From the human T2T-CHM13v2.0 reference genome, Homo sapiens, in the NCBI RefSeq assembly GCF_009914755.1, contig NC_060930.1: 64,000 bases of DNA, one strand, 5' to 3'. Positions 1 through 14,250 of this stretch are shown here, piece after piece. Under the pieces are notes generated by a model. It searched no databases. It had not been told where the DNA came from and saw nothing but the letters and a program-made list of their open reading frames with translations. Numbering within the stretch: the stretch's first letter is position 1; each line of letters opens with the position of its first letter. Both the position numbers and the translations under genes were made by a program.

Positions 1-890
1 TTAGGAAATATGGAAGATAGAAGGAGAAAAATCCAGCATGCCTCTGACTATTAGAATGAGACAGAAGAAACAAAGAAAAACAGAAAAGCACTATTCAAAG
101 AGGTGAGGCAATACTGCAGAATTTTTCAGAGTAGATAAAATATACCGATCTTCATATTTATAAAGACCCCCAAAATCCCCAGGAGGATTCAATGAAAAGA
201 AAATGATACCTAAATACATCATATTAAATATTTGAAATACCAAAAACCGAAAAAAAAAATCTCTCCAGAGCAACCAGAAGAAAAGACAACTTTTCTACAA
301 ATGAATGTTAATTACTGTCAGCTACCATCTCAACAGCAATATTGGAAGCTGAGAGAGTGGAATAATATATGCGATGTGCTAAGAGAAAATAACTTTAACC
401 TTGAATTCTCTGTCCTACAAAAAAAAAATCTTTCACAAACAAGGACAAAACAAAGACATTTCCAAGTAAACAATCGAAGAAAATTCTCACTTCCAGTGAA
501 ATTGTGTGGGTAAAGCTAGACACACACGAGCTGCATGAAAGTAAATCATTTGTGTATTGTATAATTTGTGGACTTAAGTTGGAATTGATGTCTTAAATAT
601 GCTATTTAAAAATAGCATATACGGGACAGTGATCAGTTAAAACCTTCTAATGTTTTCATATTTTTCTGAAGATAAAGAGGCTTGATTACCTTTAGACAAA
701 AATTCAATAGATTGGTTAAGCATACATGCTAAAGTTTCCAAAGCAATCAATTAAAGGAATATAAATCCAATGTGTAATTGCGAAACTAATAGAGGTCAAA
801 GTATAGAACAAGAAAAAAATTTCAAATGATAGTAAGAAAGCAGGAAAAAAGACACCTGGAAAAAGCAGGATAAGTAAAAAAAAATACCAA
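1..890 (+). mobile_element. Old L1M LINE fragment (ORF1 3' part / inter-ORF)
   Basis: A-rich sequence with degenerate L1 ORF1 motifs (..caacagcaatattggaagctgagagagtggaataatatatgcgatgtgctaagagaaaataactttaaccttgaattct..). Confidence 0.7.
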
Positions 891-891
891 C

Positions 892-1338
892 TGTTGGGAA
901 GGGCCACCGCCATGGGTCCTGAGCGTCACTGCACCTTCTTGCTGAGTATGTGACGAATGTCAGGCACTGACCACTGTTAACCCAGGCCATTGCTCAGTGT
1001 CACATTTGCAGTGAGCAACCTTGGGAAATGAGGTAACATTTTCCTCCAAGACAAAAGCAGGCTTGCTGACCTCTTGTTAAAGAACACCAGGTTCCCCAAG
1101 CTCAGCTTTCCTCAACTGAGATGCAGTTTTACTGTAAACATAGAATGCATCTAGGCCCCCATAGGATGTGGGGGGCAAAGGAGTCCTATGCAAATATGAT
1201 ACTCATGCCATTTTCTGTTCCTTGAATTAAAATGTCCTTTATCTCTGATCTTCCAATATCCACCAACTCTTCTAGTAGCTATTATTGGGCTAATTAGTAG
1301 TTTGTAAGTGAGGCAAAATAAAATCCTAGACCATATAC
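892..1338 (+). mobile_element. LTR40-like ERVL solo LTR inserted in the L1
   Basis: Starts tgttggga..ccatgggtc; contains ggttccccaagctcag, gtcctttatctctga and ends ..taaaatcctagacc, resembling the recalled LTR40 consensus. Confidence 0.6.
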
Positions 1339-1339
1339 A

Positions 1340-1750
1340 ATCTAAATAGAAATAAATCAAAATATGTAAAAAAATAAAGTCAATGTTAATGAGCTAAACT
1401 CTCTAGTTAAAAGACAAAGAGTGCCAAATAGGTTTACAATAAATTTAGTTATAGAAAAACATATATAACAAGATACATAAAAAGTTTCAAATAAAATAAT
1501 GGAAATAGATACATCATGCAAAAACTAATGAAAAGAAGTAACATTAATGTCATACATAGGATGCAACAAGCATTCATAGATATAGAAAAAGCACTACATA
1601 TTGATGAACGTTTCAATTCACCAGGAGGATACAATAATTCTAAGCTTACATGCACCAAATAATATAGCTTCAAAATGTATTAATCAAAAAATGACAAAAC
1701 CAAAAGGAGAAATTGACAAATCCATTATTATTTAGAAAAATTTTTGTCTC
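1340..1750 (+). mobile_element. Old L1M ORF2 (endonuclease N-terminus) fragment
   Basis: aatgttaatgagctaaactctctagttaaaagacaaaga matches the L1 ORF2 start motif (NVNGLNSPIKRQR-like); resumes the L1 after the LTR. Confidence 0.7.
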
Positions 1751-2004
1751 AATATATGTCTTGGGCCATTGTATATCTTGCTACTCTCATCTGGACGATG
1801 TGGTACCTGCCTTCAATTTTGTTTACCAAGATTAATACTGAATCCTCCTAAAGTTCTGACCTCCGCTGTCAGTCCTTCAAGGATGCTCTCTGTGACCCCC
1901 AGACTTAGTCAGGTGCCCTGGCAGATGCTCTTAAGATACTAGGAATTTCTTAGATGGGAATACTTACTTAGGTGTATGTGTGTGAGCATTTAATTAATGC
2001 TTTT

Positions 2005-2125
2005 ATTAGACCGTAAACCCTGTGAGGGCAGGAATTGTGTCTCCTTGGCAAATCACTATACACAGTGCCTGTTACTGATGGCTGATCTACTTAGCACAAA
2101 TATTTGCTGAATGGATAGACGAGTG
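2005..2125 (+). mobile_element. L2 3' end fragment
   Basis: tagaccgtaaaccctgtgagggcagg..cacagtgcctg..aaatatttgctgaatgga resembles the L2 terminus. Confidence 0.55.
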
Positions 2126-2818
2126 AAAGCAGTCACTGAACTGGCAGCCAGATGGCCACTACTGCTTTTTTGACATGCACTTTGTGCCACAGGATGGAAG
2201 TGCAGAATGAGAATTAACTTGTGACAATTGGTTCCCTCTCTCTCTTCTCCTCTCCTTCCCTTTTCCTCTTTTTAAGCCAGTAATTAGCACATAACCTTGG
2301 GCAACTGAGGCAATAAGTCAGTAACTCTACATACTATTTTTAGATTTGCTAAGGGCATACAACATGTACTATTCAAAAACGAAAAGAAAGGGAATTATCT
2401 AGTAGGGCACAGATGTTATATTCACAATGGTACATCCTGAAGTTCAACACAGGGAAAAGCCCACATTTCTTCAAATCAATGTGCGTCCCATTTACTGTGC
2501 CTGCTCCCCCAGTCCATGACGTCACTTCTTCCAGTTATTCTTGTGATTACATGTCCTTCCGGGAACAACTGGCTGGAGATTCTGGTGACTTTTAGGAAGT
2601 TTGAGGCTCCAATCCTATCATCATTTTCCAGGAGCAACTGCTTTAGCTAAACCTCCCGGTATTCTCAGGGAAGGATCTGACTTAAGTTGCGTGAAAGTAT
2701 ATTGCAAATGTGTTTTGGCTTAGACGTATTTTAAATAAGGGCCCATACATATTAAAAAATAAAGAGAGAAATTACAGCCTAGGGGTTTGTGGTGTCCATG
2801 TAGCATTAACATAATGAG

Positions 2819-3265
2819 TGCTGTGGCTTACTTGCATCCTGCAAAAAGCCACCTTGAAGTCCTAACCCCTAGTACCTGTGAACATGACCTCACTTGGAAA
2901 TAGGGTCTTTGCAAATGAAATCAAGTTAACATGAGGTCATAATTGGATTAGGGTGGCTCTAAATCCAATATGACTGGTGTCCTTATAAGGAGAGACACAT
3001 ACACACAGAGGAATGCCTGGTGAAGGAGGAAACAGAGATTGGAGCGGGGCATCTCCAAACTAGGGAACACCAAGGATTGCTGGCAACACCAGAAGCTGGA
3101 AAGAGGCATGAATCAGATTCTTCCCTACAGCCTTTAGAGGGAGTGAGGCACTGCCCACCCCTGATTTTGGAGTTCTGGTCTCCAAAACTGTGGGAGGACA
3201 AGTTCCTATTATTTTAAACTGTCCAATTTGTAATGCTGTCTTATGGCAGACCTAGAAAATGAACG
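2819..3265 (+). mobile_element. MLT1C-like MaLR solo LTR
   Basis: gaagtcctaacccctagtacctgtgaa..ggaaatagggtctttgca..caaggattgctggcaacaccagaagctggaaagaggc..ctccaaaactgtggga, typical of MLT1C. Confidence 0.85.
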
Positions 3266-4149
3266 AAACTACTTACGCATCCTTTAAAGCTAGCTATTAA
3301 AGTTTCCTATTTGATAAAGACTTGAAAATGTAACAAGATGCATAATAGCATCTACAAGTATTCACCTTTCAATATGAAGAATGGCAAAGGGTGACCAGGC
3401 TGCCAATAAGATAAATTATGGAGCTGGAATCAGAGGCACAACGTTAGTTTTTGAATTACCAGTCGTGTGGGGGAAGCTGTTTAAGTAAAAGAACACTGAG
3501 AATGGGATCAGAACACTTGGGCTGGAGTTTCCGTTTAGCCGCTTTCTATATATTTCCCCTAAGCACTGGTACACCCTGTTCCTTCTGCCAGTCACAAACT
3601 CTCCACCTCCCCTCCTCTCTCTTCAACCTGCTCACCTCTGTCCCTCTCCTAGGCCTTGGCTAAGACTCCACTCCTGGGAGGTCTGCCCTGGTTCCTAGGC
3701 TGGGTTACAGGACCTCCTGGAGCAGCCCTGCCATGCTCACGGGAATGTGCCCCCCCTTCTCTGGATCTACCTGGAGATGGGGGCACTCCAGGAAGCCTGG
3801 CCCCAGCTCATCATAGTCCATGTTGTACCCACAGAGTTCTTGGCACATAAGAATTCATTTTTAGCTCTAAATAAGTAAAGGTATGAATTAAACAGTAGCA
3901 TTAACTTTGCCATAGTTTTGCAAACTCAAAGTGTGGTTTACATGTGTCAACATTTCAACTTAACCACAGATTATTTTGCCTCCCAATGGATATTTGGCCA
4001 AGTCTGGAGAAACTTGTCAGAAGGTGAACTAAAGGATGCAAAGACAATCTGTGCGTGCCCCTCAAAGCTGCCAAAGCGGGCCTGGAGTCTGCAAGTGCTC
4101 GTTAGAACAAAACGTTTGCTTCTAGGGCCAGTCCTCTGTGCAATTAGAG

Positions 4150-4336
4150 TTGTAGTGGTCAGGTTGTAAATCAGAGTTGATAGCTCCTATTGTTAGGGAA
4201 TTTAGCTGTAGGAATTGGGAAATTTGCCATGGTCCCTGAGCACTGAACCCATGACCCGGGGGTGGCTTGGTTTCCTTAAACTTAGTGCCCATCTCAGTTG
4301 ATCAGAGGGCATCTATTTCAGTCTCTCAGATCACGT
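4150..4336 (-). mobile_element. ERVL LTR fragment (MER54/MER74-like 5' end)
   Basis: Reverse complement begins gtgatctgagagactgaaatagatgccctctgatcaactgagatggg, like the recalled TGTGATCTGAGAGACCAAAATAGATGCCCC start. Confidence 0.45.
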
Positions 4337-5850
4337 GGAATCTCTTGATCGGTTCCACATGGACCAGCTTCTGACACCCTGGCTGCAGAACAGAAGCGGC
4401 GGCTGGGAGAGGTAAGTCTAGACCCAGGTAGCAGGGACCCCCCTGGACCCACACGCCCACACGGCCATTGCCCTGAGAGCCAAACCTTCCAAGAGGCCCT
4501 GAAAGAGAAAGAACACAACCAGCCAAGCTTGGGACTGGACAAGCCAGTCAGCAGCACTGAACCTTACAGGATAAGTCCTAGGCCACGGAGGAGCCAGTCG
4601 AGGTCAGCCTGGAGTCTTCTTTATTCATGACATTGCATCTGTGCAGCGCAAGGGCCCCGCCAGGAAGACCTGGTCCAGCCGCATGCCTTGGCTGGGGCCC
4701 CTGACACGCTCCTTCCTGGGGTCACCCGCGTCCCAGCCTGGCCCTTCTGGGCCACGGTGCAGCTCTCAGGGACCTTCTTCGTTTCACCAGGGGCTCCTCA
4801 CACCAGAGCTTACCCCAAAGAAGTGAACCCCTAAGCCCCCTTCAGTTCCTAGGATCCTTGACTCCTACCAAGCAAACCCTTTTGTCCTCACCCCTTTTGA
4901 ATCTCCTTTGAGATCTCAGAGGTAGGCATCTCCTGCTCCATTCTAATTCAGGCACCTTTCCCCTCTCCAGCAAGTTCTCCTGCTTCTCAGGCCGTGGTGG
5001 GTGTGGGCCTCTGTGCGAGCCGCTCCCCTGTGTGCCTTCGGCCGCCACTCCTCCCTCAGCTGCTCGCATTCCCACTCTGTCCTTTCTCCAGGCTGACGCC
5101 CAGCCCTCCAGACCTCCTACCCCAGTTCAGAGCCACAGGTCCCAAAGCCTCCGTGGATGTCCTCCAGGCACTGCCAGGGAAGAATTATTCCACAAATATC
5201 TGTATATCAGTATGTGCCAGAAATCGTTCTGAGTCATGCCGATCTCCCAGTTCACCATCTTTTTTGCCCCAATGTTCTCCTATTTTTTTTTTTAACTCTA
5301 AACCACTCAGTAAATGACACTGATGTCATCATGATCACAGTTCTTCAAATCATCCTGATTTCTCCCCTTTCACGGCCCTCCCAAGCCCAGCCCCTTATCC
5401 ACACTTTGCATCCTGTGCGTTTGATCGCTCTGTCACCACACGCCCGCCTCGTCCCCATGGCTGCAATGGCCAGAGGCATGGCTTCATCTCTTCTTGCCGG
5501 GTTAGTGCAGTTCTCTGCTGGTGGGGATGTGGGCCTCCGGGATTCCTCCCCAATCTGTCTGCACCGCTGTTCAGATGTGTTTTAAAAATTCAGGTCTGGT
5601 CAAGCCCTTCCCTACTCTACACCGTCAATAATTTCCTGTACTTTTAAGGATAAAGTTCACATCTCTCAGCTGACCACGCAAGGTTCTACATGCCCGTTCC
5701 ACCTCTTTCCATACCGCTCCCTAACAGGAACTCTTTACTACTGCTCTTAAATTATCCAAACGTAGCACATTTGAAAAATAGCCCCACCATTTAGCCAATT
5801 GCCTCTCATCCTTTGAAACTTTTAAGTTTTTCCAGGAGGCTTCCTATACC

Positions 5851-6370
5851 CACAGGACACACATACATGCACACACACACACACGCACATGCTCATACAC
5901 ACACATGCACATGCTTACACACATACATACACACATGCTCACACACATGCACATGCTCACACACACGCACATGCTCATACACACACATGCACATGCTTAC
6001 ATACATACATGCTCACACACACGCACATGCTCACACACGCACATGCTTACACACACACATACACACACGCTCACACACACATGCACATGCTCACACACAT
6101 GCACACGCACATGGTCATACACACACGCTCATACACACACGTGGACACACACGCTCATACACATACATGCACACACGCACATGGTTACACACACCCATGC
6201 ACACACATACACACATGCTCACACATGCACACACACTCATGCACACACACACGCACATGCGCGCACACACACATTCACACAGGCACACACACTCATGTTC
6301 ATACACACGCATGCACACAGTATGCACACACACGCATGTATACACATGCACACACACATACATGCACACG
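5851..6370. repeat. Degenerate (CA)-rich compound microsatellite, ~520 bp
   Basis: Continuous cacacatgcacatgctcacacac.. variants; source of the His/Thr-rich ORFs. Confidence 0.95.
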
Positions 6371-8407
6371 CTTCTCCTCCCTGATTTTTATGCTGTTTTT
6401 CTGAGGGCCTGGAGAACATTGTGCACGCCTCCATCTTACCATATACAACTGCTGCACAATCTGCCTTTGTACCTGAGACTGGGCAAGAATTACTTGAGAG
6501 CAGAAGCCATGTCTCATTTGACAAACAGGCAGCTGGCACGGGAAGGGGACGGGCATTTAATAAATGTTTCTGGATTGAACACGTGAGTGAGTTCGTATAT
6601 TCCTGAATGACTCGCCATTTTAGTATTTTCACCTATCACCGCCACGCAGCTGACTTCTTAATCTGTTTCCAGCTCTGCCCTCTCTCACTAGCTGGAATCC
6701 CGTCTCCAACTCTCTGCAGCCGACTCCATCTGCGCATCACTCCGATCTGTATTACAGTGATTACTCCGGCGTCTGCATCTCGTCCTGAGGTCCTGAACTT
6801 TGGGATGGCACCGACCATCTGTGACTGTCCGACTCAAAACATCGGTGCCTGGCACAGGAAGCATCTCATTCTGTCTCTCCTCACCCCCCTTATGCATTTC
6901 ACCCATCACCAAGGCCCATAGAGTCTACCTTGCAGCGTCTCACCAATTCACCTGTCTCTCTAAGGCCACTGGCACCTCATGCCAGCCCTACTAATGGGCT
7001 CCTTCCTTCGCCCCTCCTCCAGTCTAGTCAATATGTTACCAACGCATTATCCCTCTCCACTGCTCTGCCCTTCAATCATCTGTACCACAAAATGTGACTC
7101 AATAAATTCAAGCTGCTATTCCAAACGTGGCCTCATTTGTCACACCAGCCTCAAGCTTCATCTCGCACCACTCAGAGTCTGCTCCACACCAAACCCAGCA
7201 GGACCAGGTAGTATTTCCACATCTGCCCCTCGCGTTCCTGCCCCTGCGCCCGTCTGCGCTCCTGCCCCTGCCCTCCCCTCTTCCTTCTTCTTAGATCATC
7301 TATCCATCTTTTAAGTCCAAACTTAAATAGGACCTTTGTTCATGCATTTCCTCATTTCCCATTAAGATAAAACTTATTTCTCCTGTGAAACCCTGAGCAC
7401 TTTATAACCACTGCAGTATAACTTGTGTTCTAACTAGAATCTGTTTCCGGGTTATCCTCCCTGTTAAATCCCATGCTATGTATCGTAATTCCCAACAAAA
7501 CAAATGAGCATGGTGCTGAGGGAATCCTCCTCATGGTATATAGATTTCCAGATTTTTAGGGAATGAGAGCCTAATGTCACCCTATCTGACATTTCTGAGG
7601 CCAATGGTCTTTTAGGGGTAATGAAGAATTATTACTATGATAATTATTTGGGAATTATACCTTACTCACTCATGCAACCCCCACTCCCAGGGCAAGGCCT
7701 TGCAGGCAGGAGGTGCTCAGTAAAGGACCATGCAATGGATGGGATTGTAGACCCAGTGAGCTGAAGAAAAACCAGACCCCGGGGGGTTTTCGTTCCACAT
7801 CAAGCAGGTGAGCTGAGACCACGGGCTGTCTTCCTTGGAAAGCACAGAGAACCTGGCACGATTGTTTTGCTACCAGGACTGCAGGGCTGTCTTTCTGCGA
7901 ACTTTCATTACCAGAGGTTTAAAGGCTCGCCAGCAGAAACTTCAGAACTGCATGCCCAACATGATCTCGATAAGTAGTGGGTCATTGCGGAGGGTAGAGA
8001 GAAGTAGTCTCTGAGTTAGTCTTATTAAAACAAATCTTTATTACCCTTAAAAGAACATTGGCCTCAGAAATGTTAGATGGGGTGACATTAGGCTCTCATT
8101 CCTTAAAAACCTGGAAATTTATATACCATGAGGAAACTTCCCTCAGCACCAGGCTCATTTGTTTTGTTGGGAATTACAAAAAAAAAAAAAAAAGCACAAT
8201 TAACTTGTACCACAAGATGCTGAGCCAGAGCCCCTCTCTACTGCGGAGGGAATGAGATAAGGCCTCCCCTGGGGTTTCTATTCTGGGGTCTCCCACAGGA
8301 AGCCTTTCATCACCACATTCTTATTCATAGACATTGAAACAATACTAGCATTTAATTTGCACCAGGAACTGGGGTAGCAAGAAGAGGGGGCATTCTCCAG
8401 CTGTCTA

Positions 8408-8586
8408 GAGGTGGGAGGGAGGGGGTCCATGTTCACCGTCCTCTTTTCACGGCCATCACTTTAGGCTGGAGGTGGGAGGGAGGGGGGTCCATGTTCACCG
8501 TCCTCTTTTCACGGCCATCACTTTAAGCTGGAGGAGAGAAGGAGGAGGGGTCCGTGTTCACTGTCCTCTTTTCACGGCCATCACTT
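8408..8586. repeat. Minisatellite, ~3 copies of a 62-63 bp unit
   Basis: ggtccatgttcaccgtcctcttttcacggccatcactt recurs at ~8424, ~8486 and ~8549. Confidence 0.9.
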
Positions 8587-11056
8587 CCGGGTCAGGAAAT
8601 GATGATGACTGTTCAGGCCTGTGTCCTGCCTTCACTAGGGCCAGCCAGCGGCATCCATATTTTTGCAGTGTTGTATGTGAGGGTGAACTGAGTCAGGCTT
8701 GCCCAAGTAGGTGGCATTCTGCTGGTTCAGGAAAACTCAAATTGTTGGCTTCAAGTTCACTTGGTTCTCTCTCTGTCTCCAGTCCTGGCTGAAATTCTAA
8801 GTGATTTTTTACTTCTGGAGCCATCTGTAAGAAAGGCTCTTCTTGGAACCCTGAAGACTGCAGGTCTCGTTTGGGCAGGTGAGAGGGATTTGAGGTGACT
8901 GAACAGAACCCATGAGGCTCAAGGTGGTTGGGTTTAATACTTTGAACCTGAACACAGGAATAGATCACTTTTTAAAATTGTTTTCAGCACCTAAAATTAT
9001 GGCCATGGACAGCTCCATGCAAAGGTCCCCTGACTACAAGGACCTGCCCCGTGATGTGGTTGTGTTACCCAGACCCTGCCTGTCCAGCTGTGGAAGCCAG
9101 GCTGTCAATCCGAAAATGTCAGCGCCTTGCTCAGATCACTCCAGTGTGTGAGGATCACAATTTAGATAAGAACCCAGATTTCTTGGTTTAAAATTGGTAT
9201 TTTCCACTTTATCTCATACTTATATCATATATATATAATTTGGTAAAAAGCAGAACATATTCTCTACTTCTAGAGGCTCCATCTGCAAGCATTTGTACAA
9301 TTCAGCAAGTACAGAAAAGTGTTGGATCATGTGGGCAGCAATTCAAAGATTTTTTTAACCAAATTATGCAATTATCTCAATGCACAGGATTATGTAAGAG
9401 TATCTAAAAAACAGGTTATTACAAGCAATAAAGTCAGAGATTTGCAGTTGATTGGTTTTCTATGTATTTCTAAACTTGGCAATGGGTTTGTAATACCCAG
9501 TGGGCTCTTTTGTTGCTTAGCTTAACGTTTTTCAGAAGTAGACAATTCTTCACGGGAAGACAACGGAAATCCAAGGAAAGCTACGAAGGCTGTTATCAGA
9601 GAAAAATTTCCTCGAAGCACTTTAGCTGTCACTTTGAAGTGTTAGTGACATCCTTTGGCAGTGATTAAATGTGCCACATGCCACTAATCTTGTTTAGAAT
9701 CCTTAAAGAGGACAGCAGCCCTTACACAGGATGCTTCGATCTGATGACGATGGTGTTTATGCAGTGATGTGTGGCTCACAGGCACGTATACAACACCATC
9801 AACTCTTCCATCTCATACCTCATCAGAGCTTTCCATCTGATCCCATTTGGAGAAGGATATCACACCTGAGGAATCCACGTGTAAGCTATTGCTCTTGTAT
9901 GAGTTCAGGTGCACACGCACTGTGGACGCACACTGCACTGTGCCCCCCAACGGCTGACAACGTGGAGCCGGGATGCAGGAGCATCCGCCTTCTCCAAGTG
10001 AGTTCTCGGCACTGCCGTGCTTTCACTAACCCTTTATTTACTTCTGCTAGTAGACTTTCAACGCCACTGAGTGCTAGAAGAATTTAAGAATGTTAAAATA
10101 GATATGATGAGAATACTGTTTTTTGAACATCTTCACATATGAAGAGTAAAAGTCAGAGGATAGAGCTTCGGATTATCTCATAGAAGAAAAACACCTTCGC
10201 ATTACATGTGGCATGAGCCATTCGCGGGTATTATATCTTCTTCATTTGCTATTGTTTTCTTTTAAAGCATCTCACCAAGCACTCGCTTCACTGTGCATTT
10301 TATATTCTGGTTTTATTTCCCAGTTCACAATTTTATTCAGAATCTTAAATTAACTGTCCTTGGGAAGTATACAACTAGTTTTACCCAAAGGATGGCTGAA
10401 AATGCATTGTCTTCAACACAAGATAAATTACCCTGTTTTCCTTTCGATGTTTCCCATGAGGAGTTTGATCGTTTGCACCTTATTCTCTTCGGGGAACTTA
10501 GGAAAAACCACATGGAGGTTGTCTTCTCGATGGCGCAACCATGAACTGGACACGTTTCTTGACTTAATCAAGTTATGTCCTATTTTTGCCCGTATTGATC
10601 TTTATGTCACTGAAAGCCAATGTGTACATTTGTCAGTGTCAGAGCACCCTCTGACCAACTCAACTCTGATCTCTTGTTGTTAAAATCCCACCCGGTGACC
10701 TGCTTGGGTTCCCCCAGCTAGGCGAGAGTTGAGTCCTTAGTAATTTCAGGCGGGGCCCAGAGATCATGGAAGAGATGCTGGTAGTGGTGAATCGTACCGA
10801 GATTTTCAAGCTCCATCTTAATCAGTGTAGAATAATGGAAGCTTTTTTAAATTCAGCAGGCAAGCACTATAATTAAACTCGCATGTCATCAATATTCCAT
10901 CAGGGTGCAACTCAGCCGCCTGTCTCCCTGCCTCGTGCCTTGGGTGGCTGGGCTGTCTTCATCATGCTGGGCCCAGCAGCAGGCTATTTGCCAGGGCACC
11001 CACTGTGGACACTCTGCCTTCCCAGGGTAGCCCCGGGCCACAGAACCTGCCACTAG

Positions 11057-11389
<333 letters not shown>

Positions 11390-12402
11390 TAATAATGTTT
11401 TTAAGGAGGTGAATAATTCCCATCGACTTAACTCATCCCAGAGATTTAGGTCCAGCAGAGCCAGGCCCACACAGTTATTGAATCAGACACGAGAAGACGG
11501 AATCGACATGGCAATCAGCATTTAGACAGGCTACTAAGTGCTGCCATCAATCACCTTCTCTTCCCAGAAAAGTACAGATGTCTCCCTGGATTTCTTACTA
11601 ATAACCAGAAATACAGCTGTCCAGGCCCTGCACATATTTTGTATCACTTGATAAAAATAGCTAATAGCATTCTATCTGTGACTCCTGGTTTATCTCATAA
11701 ACTAAATGGATGGAAAAGAGAAAGGAATGCTACTTGAAATCCCATCTCAGCGGCACATGAATTCCAGGTAGCGGCTCCCTGGTTACAGGACAGAAGTAAG
11801 TGAAGTAGCACACACAAGAGAAATATCGGAAAACAGAAAATAACTTCTAGAGGAATAATTTGTTGCACAAAATGCAAACAAAACATGTTCATTAATACGT
11901 TTTATTTAAACATATTTTCAAATGCTTACAATTGTGGATTTTAGGAGGCTGTGCAAAAATCATGAATATTTTTAATCTGTCTTAACAGGCTTCTCTCCCA
12001 CCTCTCACTGTGATACTGAGCAGAACTCCCCAAAGAAAAATCATTTCTCAACTGTGAAACTAGGGAAGACTAACCAGATGTGATAGCACACTGTATTCTG
12101 ATCGAAAGTGAACTATTCTTCCATCATATTGGTCAAGCTTTCAAAAACACTTACCTATACTTCAGGGCGAAAGATTCTCAGCATCCTCTAACAAATGTTT
12201 GCCTCAGAACCATTGAAAAGAAAAGGTTTAGAATTAATGACAGAGAACAATGTACCCACAGCTGCATTTTGCTCTTTTGAAAATTAGATATTTTTCTGCA
12301 GATAATACTACAGAACCACAATAAAAGTTATCATCATGCTTCACATCTAGTAATGAACGTGAAACAAGCACCCTCGAATAGCTGCATCGAGCATGAAAGG
12401 GC

Positions 12403-12466
12403 ACGGGCCCCACTGCCGGCCGGGTGAATTCTAGACGGGCCCCACTGCCAGCCGGGTGAATTCTAG
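12403..12466. repeat. Tandem duplication 2 x 32 bp
   Basis: acgggccccactgcc(g/a)gccgggtgaattctag at 12403-12434 and 12435-12466, one mismatch. Confidence 0.9.
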
Positions 12467-13769
12467 CAGATACTTCACCCAAAATGCTTCAGTGTGCATC
12501 AAACTGACACGAGCTCCTACACAATCACAATATAATTTACTCGCCTGAGAGATTCAGTACACAATCTCCCCAGTTTCCCCCCAATATCCTTAAACTGATT
12601 TATTCTGCACAATTCCATCACAAAGTTTTTCACTTATTTGTCGAATCTCAACAGTATTCTTGAATGAAGTATCCTCCAGTTTTTGTTGCTGTTTAGACAT
12701 TTACATTTATGAACAAAGAGTTCAGGGCAGCTGCTCTGTAGAATGTTTCATAGTCTGGACTGATTTCGTGGTTTCTTCATAATTAGATTAGGGTAAAATA
12801 TTTTTAGCTGCTGTACATCACGTTAGGAGACCTGTCATGTCAACTTGCACCATTGTGGGAGACACTCGCTTCTGCCTGCCGGGTCGCCTTTGTGAAGATA
12901 ACCTTTCCCATCGTAATTAATAAGTAGGATGTGGGGCAATAGCTCCTCAACCTTTCCCCTCATGGCTTTAGCACTTATAAAAAATGTAAAAAAAAAATCA
13001 GGTGTCCATTTTCAAGGCTGAGGGTGGGGGAAGAATCTAATTAACTTTGAACAGCACCTGGATGGCAGAATCCCTCTAGACACTGACAACCCACCGCAAC
13101 CCCAAACTTTACAACTATTTCACCCAACTATTTTCAACAGAAGTTCTCATTTTTGTTCATATATATTGAATATTTCCAAACTATTCAATTTACCTTCCAC
13201 AGAAATTGCTCCTTTTTATTACTCAAAGTTCATGGGATTATAGTAATTAATGATCATACTTCAGTGTATCTAGGGTAAGACTGACTACAAGGTACATCAG
13301 TAGTTTACATGCCCTACAGGAAGAAAACACCAAGGACACATAACAAGCATCACTGCACCACCCACAACTGATGTTGGTGACAACGTGCAGACACAATATT
13401 TGCACCCGGAGTCAGTGAAATGTGGTGAATGATGTCATGTGTGCAAAGTAGTACAAACAGGTCAGGGAACAAACAGAGCGGACTCCTGGGAACCACGTGT
13501 ATCTCCAGTGGCTGCCAACTCAGGCCGGTCTGCAGAGGATTCTGCCACAGCCTGGGCTGGAGGCTACACACCTGGCTGGTGGATCTGAGACAGAGCAGGG
13601 CGGGTAACTGAAGACCAGGCTGGAAAGGTTCTAGCTTCACATAAGGTACCAAATAAAAAATTAAAACTCTCCATCAGAACCAAGATGCATATGTCTTTCT
13701 TGTTATAATTCAAAATATCTCATAGCTAGTAAGATCTTACTGACTATAAAAGGTTGGAAACACATGAAG

Positions 13770-14250
13770 CAGCCAGGACTCCCACACTGGGCTGGCGAGA
13801 GTGTGAACGGGCGCCACCAGTTTGGAAAACAACAATCTCATCAGGTTGAAGATGTGCAGGCCCACGGCTCAGCGACTGCACCTCAGGACTACATGGAGCA
13901 GAGCCCCAGCAGGTGCACTCGGAGACACGCCCAGGAATACCTGTAGCTGTCTTTGCAGGATAGCCACACGCCAGAAGTCACCACAATCTCTAGCAATGGT
14001 GGAAGGAACAGGCGCCCTGCGGTAGATACACGTGGCAGAACACTACACAACAGTGAGCATGGGCTGCCTGAGTGTGCACAGCACACACCTCTAAACACAG
14101 GGGAAGCTCACGCCTAGAACCGTGAACAAAGGAAGAGAGACACGGTGGAAGCTCACCGAGAGCTTCTTATTTACATAAGCCTCAAAAACAGGTAAAACAC
14201 AGCTTATTGCTTAGAAAATGCTACATGGGTAAAGATATAAAGAAAACAAG
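13770..14250 (+). mobile_element. Highly diverged, GC-shifted L1ME-like fragment
   Basis: ggactcccacactgggctggcgagagtgtgaacgggcgccaccagtttggaaaacaa resembles the L1M 3' motif ggaactctcatacactgctggtgggaatgtaaa..ctttggaaaac. Confidence 0.5.

Noticed and set aside
5813-6632. Long His/Thr/Met- and Cys/Val-rich ORFs (up to 257 aa)
   Set aside because: Translation artefacts of the (CA)n tract; the same applies at 18174-18552 and 55084-55506.
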